Source of the DNA: Candidatus Saccharimonadia bacterium
GTDB taxonomy: Bacteria; Patescibacteriota; Saccharimonadia; UBA4664; JBBRNT01
DNA length: 64,000 nucleotides
NCBI GenBank assembly: GCA_038230095.1
Contig: JBBRNT010000001.1
Span: forward strand, 112,848 to 176,847
Direction: 5' to 3'
Shown: one piece after another, positions 1-6,881 of the stretch
How positions within the stretch are numbered: position 1 is the first letter of the stretch
Layout: every line of letters starts with the position of its first letter
Notes under the pieces: generated by a model
Seen by the model: the letters and a program-made list of their open reading frames with translations, nothing else
Told to the model about the DNA's origin: nothing
Databases searched by the model: none
Made by a program: the position numbers and the translations under genes

Positions 1-387
1 GTAGTTGGTACGAGGCTTACCGAAAGAGCCATTACAGATGTGGAGCCGATCATTGCGCTTATCGAGAGCCTTAGTCGCTATCTAGCTGAAAAAGTGGGTG
101 CAAGAGAGGCGTTTTTGTATGACATCTTTGAACCCAGGCAATATATACTGGGCACATGGGACGGCCAGTCAGTCGCACAACCCTGGCTAGTAGATGTAGA
201 ACCATTGAAACAAGACTACGCCGAGAACGCCCAGCTCTATATGCGTTTTCATCAGGGCGCCATGGCAGGGCTTGAGAAGCTAGAGAACCTAGTCTTGGCG
301 CGTGTTACCCAAGAGCAACAACGGCGTCTGGACCGGGCAGCGTTGTTAGTGGCCGATGGTACGGACCTGTCCTTCAAGGCCGCCTAA
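1..387 (+). CDS. Hypothetical protein, 5'-truncated by window edge
   Basis: Frame is open from position 1 to TAA at 385-387; no recognisable motif. Confidence 0.55.
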   Translation, partial: VVGTRLTERAITDVEPIIALIESLSRYLAEKVGAREAFLYDIFEPRQYILGTWDGQSVAQPWLVDVEPLKQDYAENAQLYMRFHQGAMAGLEKLENLVLARVTQEQQRRLDRAALLVADGTDLSFKAA

Positions 388-403
388 CATACAAAGGATT
401 ACT

Positions 404-1414
404 ATGCCTGAACTGAAATTTGAATCACTACATAACCACACCCTTATATCTGACGGCTACCTGAGCCATCTGGATCTATTAGCGGCAGCCGAGCGGCAGG
501 GCGTTGGGATTGTCGGCCTGACAGACCACGACTGCCTGCCTAATGCCGAGATTATGGATCAACTGCGGGCCTATGCTGGCCCAGTGCAGTGGACCGTGGG
601 TATAGAGCTGTCGACGGGCCTGCCCAAAGAGCACCCGGAGTGGATGCGGCACTCGGTGCACATACTGGGATTATTCATTGATCCGGCAAACGAGCCTATC
701 CTAGAGTTTTGTGAGCAAATACACCAAGGCCGCGTGAAGCGCATGAGCCGGGTGGTGGCGCATCTGCAGTCGCTCGGCATGGACATTACCGAGGCGGAGT
801 GCCAGGCGGCAGCGGGTACCAGTGTGCCAGGGCAGCCCCATATTGTAAAAGCTATGCTCGCCAAGCCGCAGAACGTACAACTGCTGGCCACGTTTAAGGC
901 TGAGATGGCCGAGGCGACTCAGACCAATCCCAAGCTGAAGAAGAGCTACAACTACATGCTAGAAGGTGGCGCGCGCCAAGAGCCCTATGCTCTGGTAATG
1001 GGATCTAAGTCCTTCAAGCCGCTGCCCAAGGCCGACTTTGAATTTATTAGTGATTTGGATAGCGGCGTTAAACTCATCCGTGACGCCGGCGGGATTGCCA
1101 TATTTGCTCACCCCTACCACTACTGGGAGGACTTTTCGCCAGCTATGCTCGAGCAGCTGGTAAAGGATGGACGGATTGATGGACTAGAGCTCATAAATGA
1201 GAACAATATTAGCCCGCATATGAAGGCTGATCTGGACATACTACAGGGCATTGTGGACCGTACCGGGGTAGCCTACATGGTGAATAGCGATGCTCATGAC
1301 GAGAAGGATCTGGAGGCGTTTGTTACGAGCCCTATCGGTGAGGCTAGCGTAGGCCAGACGCAGCGGTTGCTGGAGCGCTTTAACCCTAATCTGAGCTGGA
1401 GCCGACTGAAATAG
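404..1414 (+). CDS. PHP-domain metal-dependent phosphoesterase (TrpH/YciV-like)
   Basis: Motifs LHNHT..SDG, GLTDHD, GIEL, HILG, AHP, NSDAH. Start moved to ATG 404 behind AAGGA. Confidence 0.85.
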   Translation: MPELKFESLHNHTLISDGYLSHLDLLAAAERQGVGIVGLTDHDCLPNAEIMDQLRAYAGPVQWTVGIELSTGLPKEHPEWMRHSVHILGLFIDPANEPILEFCEQIHQGRVKRMSRVVAHLQSLGMDITEAECQAAAGTSVPGQPHIVKAMLAKPQNVQLLATFKAEMAEATQTNPKLKKSYNYMLEGGARQEPYALVMGSKSFKPLPKADFEFISDLDSGVKLIRDAGGIAIFAHPYHYWEDFSPAMLEQLVKDGRIDGLELINENNISPHMKADLDILQGIVDRTGVAYMVNSDAHDEKDLEAFVTSPIGEASVGQTQRLLERFNPNLSWSRLK

Positions 1415-1465
1415 CCGCATTCGTATTTTGTTCGCATAGCTTGCCTCTCCCTGTATAATAGGTAT

Positions 1466-3244
1466 ATGAACGAAGTTGAGGAGATAAAAGGCCGGCTGGA
1501 GATTGCCGATGTGGTGGGTGGGTATGTGCAGCTGAAGCAAGCTGGGCGCAACCTAAAGGCACCGTGTCCATTCCACCAGGAGAAGACTGCTAGCTTCATG
1601 GTGAGCCCTGAAAAGGGCATATTCCATTGTTTTGGCTGTGGCCAGGGTGGGGACGTCTTCAAATTTGTCATGCTCATAGAGGGTCTAGACTTCCGGTCAG
1701 CACTGGAGCTACTGGCACGGCGGGCTGGGGTGGAGCTGAAGACCAAGAGTGGCCGACCTAAGGAGAATACCGATCGACTGTATGCAGCTATAGAGCTGGC
1801 GGCCAAGTACTTCCAGGCTACCCTGGTAAAGAACCCAAAGGCACTGGAGTATGTAACGAGAGACCGGCGGTTGGGGAAGCAGATTATTACCGACTTTATG
1901 ATTGGCTACGCACCCGAGTCGTGGGAGGCGCTCAGTGGATTCTTGCTGAAGAAAGGCTACACCCAAGACGAGCTCCTGCGGGCGGGGCTAGCGGGTCAGC
2001 GGCCGGAGCGCTCCACAGTATACGACCTATACCGCGGCCGGGTAATGTTTACCATCTCCGATGGGCAGGGGCGGCCGATTGGCTTTACCGGTCGGGTACT
2101 AGACGACTCGCTACCCAAGTACCTGAACACACCCCAGACAGTGCTCTACGACAAGTCCCGCGCCATCTTCGGCCTGCATCTAGCTAAGGAGGCCATTCGG
2201 ACCAAGGATGAGGTGGTGCTGGTAGAAGGCAATATGGACGTCATTGCGAGCCACCAGGCGGGGGTGCGGCAGGTGGTAGCGGCTAGCGGCACGGCGCTGA
2301 CGCTCGACCAGCTGAAGGCGCTGTCCTACCTGAGCAAGAACGTGAAGCTATGCTTTGACGCTGATCGCGCCGGGCTGGCCGCCACTGAGCGGGCCATACC
2401 GCTGGCGCAGAAGCTGGGGCTGAACTTATTCGTGGTGGAGATAGAGGGTGCCAAAGATCCCGATGAGCTTATTCTCCAAGACCCTGCCCTCTGGGAGAAG
2501 GCAATCAAGGATGCCAAGGAGATTCGGGAGTACTGGTACGAGCGGTCTCGGCGGGAGTTTAATATTGATGATAAGCCAAGCGGCATTGATAAGATCCAGT
2601 TTGTGAAACGCATGGCGACTATCCTGCGACTATACGATAATGCGACCCAGCAAGTCTTTGTCCAGCACATGGCAGGTGAGACTGGCATAGAGGAGCAGTC
2701 GTTCCTGGATGCCATTGAGAGCACAGACGAGACTATGCCGACTACCACGCGGACGTCCACGTCTGCGGCTACGGCGCGGATAGCGACCGCAACTGCGGCC
2801 ATAGTGCCCCCGCCTAAGCTAAGTGGTCGAGCCAATATTGAGGTATCGGTGCTTAGCCTGAACCTGGCGTTTCCCGAGGCACGGCTGAGCCTGGAGGACC
2901 TGAGGACTACGGATTTTGCCGATGAACGCCACCAGACTATATTTGATCGGATGATCAGCGAGGGGAGTAATGCCGCTCTGGACCAGCTGGTAAAGGTATT
3001 GCCAGAACAGGCGGATTATGTCAAAATCTTGGCATTGCAAGGCGAAGAAGAATATGCGGATACCGCCCCGGCTGACCGGAGCTTCGTGGCCTTTACCCTA
3101 GCCCGCCGATTGATTGAGCTGGCTAGTCACGACCAGAAAATGACACTAAGTAAACGCCTGAAGGCCGCTGAAGCAAGTGGCGACACTGCGCTGACCCACC
3201 AGATACTTGGTGAGTACCAGGCCATCATGGCAGAGGAGAGATAA
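1466..3244 (+). CDS. dnaG: DNA primase
   Basis: CHC2 zinc finger (CPFH..EKTASF..HCFGC), PKYLNTP, Toprim VLVEG.MDV and FDADRAG; directly upstream of rpoD. Confidence 0.97.
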   Translation: MNEVEEIKGRLEIADVVGGYVQLKQAGRNLKAPCPFHQEKTASFMVSPEKGIFHCFGCGQGGDVFKFVMLIEGLDFRSALELLARRAGVELKTKSGRPKENTDRLYAAIELAAKYFQATLVKNPKALEYVTRDRRLGKQIITDFMIGYAPESWEALSGFLLKKGYTQDELLRAGLAGQRPERSTVYDLYRGRVMFTISDGQGRPIGFTGRVLDDSLPKYLNTPQTVLYDKSRAIFGLHLAKEAIRTKDEVVLVEGNMDVIASHQAGVRQVVAASGTALTLDQLKALSYLSKNVKLCFDADRAGLAATERAIPLAQKLGLNLFVVEIEGAKDPDELILQDPALWEKAIKDAKEIREYWYERSRREFNIDDKPSGIDKIQFVKRMATILRLYDNATQQVFVQHMAGETGIEEQSFLDAIESTDETMPTTTRTSTSAATARIATATAAIVPPPKLSGRANIEVSVLSLNLAFPEARLSLEDLRTTDFADERHQTIFDRMISEGSNAALDQLVKVLPEQADYVKILALQGEEEYADTAPADRSFVAFTLARRLIELASHDQKMTLSKRLKAAEASGDTALTHQILGEYQAIMAEER

Positions 3245-4360
3245 TTGCCTAAGAAAGCTGCAACACCGGAGTCGGAAGAGACCCCGGCTGGATCTGGGTA
3301 TTCCCCGGAGATTGAACGATTAATTGCCAAGGGCAAGGAGCAGGGCTTTGTCACCCAGCAGGAGATAGCCCAGGCTATTCCTGATGCGGAAGATAACCTT
3401 GAGGAGCTGGATGAGTTGTACGCGGCGTTGCTAGAAAACGGCGTAGAGCTGACAGACCAAAAAGAACGACTCATCTGGGACCAATCGGATGAAGAGCCCG
3501 TGGCCGAAGACAACGACGACTACATTAAGGACATTGCCGATGACTCGGTGCGCCTGTACCTACGTGAGATTGGTAAGATTCCGCTCCTTACCGGTGAGCA
3601 GGAAGTGACCCTGGCCAAGCGCATAGAAGCGGGAGACAAGGCAGCTAAGGACGCTATGGCCGAGGCCAATATGCGTCTCGTCGTATCGATTGCTAAGAAG
3701 TATATTGGCCGTGGGCTGGACCTACTTGACCTGATCCAAGAGGGTAATACTGGCTTGCTACGGGCCGTGGAGAAGTTCGACTACACAAAGGGCTACAAAT
3801 TTTCGACCTACGCTACGTGGTGGATTCGCCAGGCTATTACCCGAGCTATTGCCGACCAGGCTCGCACCATCCGCATCCCCGTCCATATGGTAGAGACCAT
3901 AAATAAGCTTATCCGTACTCAGCGCCGTCTGGTGCAGGAGCTGGGCCGCGAGCCTATGCCCGAGGAGATTGCTGCTGAGATGGAAATGGACGTCGATAAG
4001 GTGAACCACATTATTAAGATTAAGCAGGACATTGTATCGCTCGAAGCGCCGGTTGGTGAAGAGGACGACTCGCGTCTTGGTGACTTTATTGAAGACGAGG
4101 AAGCACAGACACCAGCCGAAGCGGCTACCTATCAACTGCTTAAGGAGCATGTAAACCAGGTACTGGCGCTCTTAACACCGCGTGAGCAGAAGATCCTCCG
4201 CATGCGGTTTGGTCTGGAAGATGGCCGCAGCCATACCCTGGAAGAAGTGGGACAAGAGTTCGGTGTTACTCGCGAGCGCATCCGTCAGATTGAGGCCAAG
4301 GCCCTGGCCAAGCTGCGCAAGCACCGCGAAAGCAAGAAGCTTCGCGACTACCTGAGCTAA
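3245..4360 (+). CDS. rpoD: RNA polymerase primary sigma factor RpoD/SigA
   Basis: [34 protein letters not shown], region 4 [21 protein letters not shown] start after GAGGAG. Confidence 0.97.
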   Translation: MPKKAATPESEETPAGSGYSPEIERLIAKGKEQGFVTQQEIAQAIPDAEDNLEELDELYAALLENGVELTDQKERLIWDQSDEEPVAEDNDDYIKDIADDSVRLYLREIGKIPLLTGEQEVTLAKRIEAGDKAAKDAMAEANMRLVVSIAKKYIGRGLDLLDLIQEGNTGLLRAVEKFDYTKGYKFSTYATWWIRQAITRAIADQARTIRIPVHMVETINKLIRTQRRLVQELGREPMPEEIAAEMEMDVDKVNHIIKIKQDIVSLEAPVGEEDDSRLGDFIEDEEAQTPAEAATYQLLKEHVNQVLALLTPREQKILRMRFGLEDGRSHTLEEVGQEFGVTRERIRQIEAKALAKLRKHRESKKLRDYLS

Positions 4361-4377
4361 GTTAGATGTCTAACCGG

Positions 4378-4400
4378 AAAGCCCCGAAAGGGGCTTTTTT
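4378..4400 (+). terminator. Intrinsic terminator after rpoD
   Basis: AAAGCCCC-GAAA-GGGGCTTTTTT. Confidence 0.9.
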
Positions 4401-4413
4401 GGTGGGCGCATGA

Positions 4414-4442
4414 TTGACTCTGCGCAGAGCGAGTCGTATGGT
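4414..4442 (+). promoter_or_regulatory. Sigma70-type promoter for candidate ncRNA A
   Basis: TTGACT-17 nt-TATGGT; the -35/spacer region contains the perfect palindrome CTCTGCGCAGAG. Confidence 0.65.
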
Positions 4443-4448
4443 GGAGCT

Positions 4449-4908
4449 AGGCCAGGGGATCTGTACGCCACTGGTTTGCCGGAGCAGCGAGTCTACCATC
4501 TAATGCTCGCTGCAGTAGTACCGGATACGCCGAGAACAAATGTACTGAGTGTGTTTACACCCATGCCAACGCGGTGCCACGGGGAGACCCACGGACTAGA
4601 TCGAAGTATCTGGACTTGGCCGCAGGCAATTATGCGGGGTTCATCGTCCTCTCGGAAACGACGGAGAACGGTCGTAGCGGAAGCACCACGTACCGCTACG
4701 CAAAACGAAGTGTGGAAGCCCACCCCGTAGGGGTGGACGAACCTCTGGAGCGTGTTGCTGTGATTGCGCACAGTGACGTAGCAACGTCTTCACCGCCTAC
4801 GTGCAATAGATGTAGCAATCTGAAAAACCGGTAAGGGTGTCAGCAGCCGCGTAAACACCCAAATCCGAAAGGGCCGTCCGGGAGTTTCGACTCCTGGACG
4901 GCCCATTT
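4449..4908 (+). ncRNA. Candidate large structured non-coding RNA A (~460 nt), family unassigned
   Basis: Promoter upstream and terminal hairpin 4871-4904. Stems include GCAGCGAG/CTCGCTGC, CGTAGCGG/CCGCTACG, CCACCCC/GGGGTGG, with GAGA and GAAA loops. No convincing ORF. Confidence 0.6.
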
Positions 4909-4927
4909 CCATCTCCGTAGCAAAATC

Positions 4928-4956
4928 TTGACAGTGATCTGGAATAGGACTATCGT
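4928..4956 (+). promoter_or_regulatory. Sigma70-type promoter for candidate ncRNA B
   Basis: TTGACA-17 nt-TATCGT. Confidence 0.7.
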
Positions 4957-4962
4957 ACTTCT

Positions 4963-5598
4963 CACGTCCGTCGTGGGCTTGCTCACGGCCGACGTGCACC
5001 GATTCCCAACATGCCCGTTCGTGAACGCGGCCACGGGACTCGGTCCAGGGCTCCGGCCCACTTGTCCACACTCGCAGTAGCGAGTCCGCCCTTGCGCCTA
5101 AGGAGTAACGTTGCTGCAACGCATTCGCGCTCCGGTTTCGTAGGTGATCGTCTCCTGATTGCCTACTCGACCACGCTTTCTCGAGCCTCCCTGTTAAGCC
5201 CAAACCAATAGGTGGCGGCCAGTACCGGATCAACGAATCCGGCTGACAGGACTAGGAGGATCAACAACTGGGGATGCATCCACTTGAATGGCAGGATGCC
5301 GCATACGTTCATCATTCACAAGCGATAGTGGCGAATGGTCTGCAACTGGTGCAGTAGACTTCGGTCACCAGTATGATCGTAGACCCTACCGGGTCATGAT
5401 CGGTCTTGGGCCCCCTGGGGGACTTTGCGCGGCATGCTGAGGGCATGTCGAAGCGGCAATTTGGGGAGCACTCGTGCAGCCCTGCCCAAGACCAAGCTCG
5501 TACGAAACAGTCCACCTCCGACCAAGAGGCGCCGGTTGACCGGACTGCTCGATGGGGCCGTTCGGGAGCTAGCGCTCCCGAACGGCCCTCTTTCTTTC
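4963..5598 (+). ncRNA. Candidate large structured non-coding RNA B (~635 nt), family unassigned
   Basis: Near-continuous hairpins with G-U pairs and CUUG/UUCG loops; long-range stem GGTCTTGGGC (5402-5411)/GCCCAAGACC (5484-5493); terminator hairpin 5554-5589 plus T-tract. No convincing ORF. Confidence 0.65.
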
Positions 5599-5699
5599 TA
5601 ACGCCAACAGATTAACAGCCAGATAGGTGGACGGTACAGTCTAGCCCTATTACAATCTGGTATCATCTGGCGTGCGCCCCCAAGTTCCCTACTAGTGAG

Positions 5700-6095
5700 A
5701 TGAGCACCGTGCTTACACTGACGTTTGCTTTGTACCCGCCTTATAATACCGACTGCCTCGAAAGGGGAATACGCGACGCTATTGCCCAGGTCGTGACACA
5801 GTACTACTCCTGGCCAGCAGGCCGACTGACTCTGAGCGTACCCGTCATGAGTGATCTCAGCGCCACACCCTACCCATTCCAGTTGACGCTGGAGCTGCCC
5901 ATGGACTGCTGGCCAGAGACCGATACCAGCGATCTGGCACGTGACGTAGCTATAAAGTCCGTGGCAGCTATCTATCTGCAGCACGCGGGTAATTTGGCTG
6001 TAGCACTTGAGCCAGTAGTGCCATACCGGCTGCCTTGGCGCCTGATCGTAGTTGGCGAAGGCATAGGGGAGTGGTACAGCGACGCCCATTCCTAG
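5700..6095 (+). CDS. Orphan hypothetical protein (131 aa)
   Basis: ORF preceded by possible TGGACG-17-TACAAT promoter and followed by a terminator. Confidence 0.55.
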   Translation: MSTVLTLTFALYPPYNTDCLERGIRDAIAQVVTQYYSWPAGRLTLSVPVMSDLSATPYPFQLTLELPMDCWPETDTSDLARDVAIKSVAAIYLQHAGNLAVALEPVVPYRLPWRLIVVGEGIGEWYSDAHS

Positions 6096-6105
6096 CCCCG
6101 TCCCT

Positions 6106-6136
6106 GGCCCCGCACTCGTGCGGGGCCTATTATTTT
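6106..6136 (+). terminator. Intrinsic terminator
   Basis: GGCCCCGCAC-TC-GTGCGGGGCC then TATTATTTT. Confidence 0.7.
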
Positions 6137-6167
6137 GCTTTTCCAAGGCCATAATATGCTAAAAAGG

Positions 6168-6196
6168 TTGTTTCACACTGCTACGACGCGTATGAT
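6168..6196 (+). promoter_or_regulatory. Possible sigma70 promoter giving a ~250-nt leader to ORF 6451
   Basis: TTGTTT-17 nt-TATGAT. Confidence 0.45.
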
Positions 6197-6450
6197 CAGG
6201 GGGATTGTCCATCTAGTCAAAGTAGGTGATCACTCTGATCAGCCGAGTTCTAGAGTTTCCGGCTTCTAAACAGTTCGCACTCTGCAACAGTTATGGCAAT
6301 AAAGCCGGTTGCTCACATCCAATCCACCTAGAGAGTAGGCAAAGCGTCTGCTCCAACGAATCTCTCAGGAGGCATGATGTGGCAATCTAGTCCAAGTATT
6401 TGCTCGATTGATGTTTCTATTGCAACCAGTGGCAAGGGGAGGGGATAGCA

Positions 6451-6717
6451 ATGAGACAACCACGACCGGCCACACGTATTCGGGCCTACCTGCTGGGTAA
6501 GGACCGCTTTCCGGAAGAGCGTACGCTCGAACACATTCAAAAAGCTTGCGCTGGCGACGACTCGATCGAAGCCCTTCAAGTTGAGCTCGATGCACTGGTG
6601 GCGACGGGGCATGTGGTGCGGAGCGGGTTGCTGTACCAGTTGTCCGACGATGAGCGGCATCAGATCATTGAAGACTTCCGAGTAGCCTTGCGCATGCGAG
6701 GGCGTGTCCGCATGTAA
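6451..6717 (+). CDS. Small putative winged-helix nucleic-acid-binding protein (88 aa)
   Basis: Strong G-rich SD (GGGGAGGGGG); helix-turn-helix-plus-wing pattern ..LQVELDALVATGHVVRSGLLYQL. Confidence 0.6.
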   Translation: MRQPRPATRIRAYLLGKDRFPEERTLEHIQKACAGDDSIEALQVELDALVATGHVVRSGLLYQLSDDERHQIIEDFRVALRMRGRVRM

Positions 6718-6825
6718 TCGTGGGCTCCGTCTGGACCAGGAGTCTAGACGGAGCCCTTCTGCGTCTTAGTCCTTGCGCTGGTCGCACAGGGCTGCTGCTG
6801 CGCCGTCCCTCTAGTTCACCACTCG

Positions 6826-6860
6826 TCCCCGGGGGCTTTGCTCCTGGGGACTTCTTGTTT
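6826..6860 (+). terminator. Intrinsic terminator before polA
   Basis: GC-rich hairpin opened by GTCCCC and closed by CTCCTGGGGAC, followed by TTCTTGTTT. Confidence 0.7.
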
Positions 6861-6881
6861 GTATCGGGGTATAATTGGCGT

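Noticed and set aside
4871-4910. GTTTCGACTCC resembling a tRNA/tmRNA T-arm
   Set aside because: It is the UUCG loop of a long simple hairpin; no cloverleaf, acceptor stem with CCA or tmRNA 5' end is evident.
4449-5598. RNase P RNA or hammerhead ribozyme as the identity of the structured RNAs
   Set aside because: No GAGGAAAGUCC-type RNase P signature and no CUGANGA core paired with GAAA found by eye; a covariance search is still needed.
4410-5615. Short ORFs in the track (4410, 4574, 4790, 5011, 5406 and others)
   Set aside because: No SD or leaderless signal, no recognisable motifs, and several cross the predicted promoter or terminator boundaries.
6720-6881. N-terminal extension of PolA in the ORF track
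   Set aside because: It spans hairpins and a terminator; homology starts at MSKKPTLVLVDG (6882), 6 nt after TATAAT.
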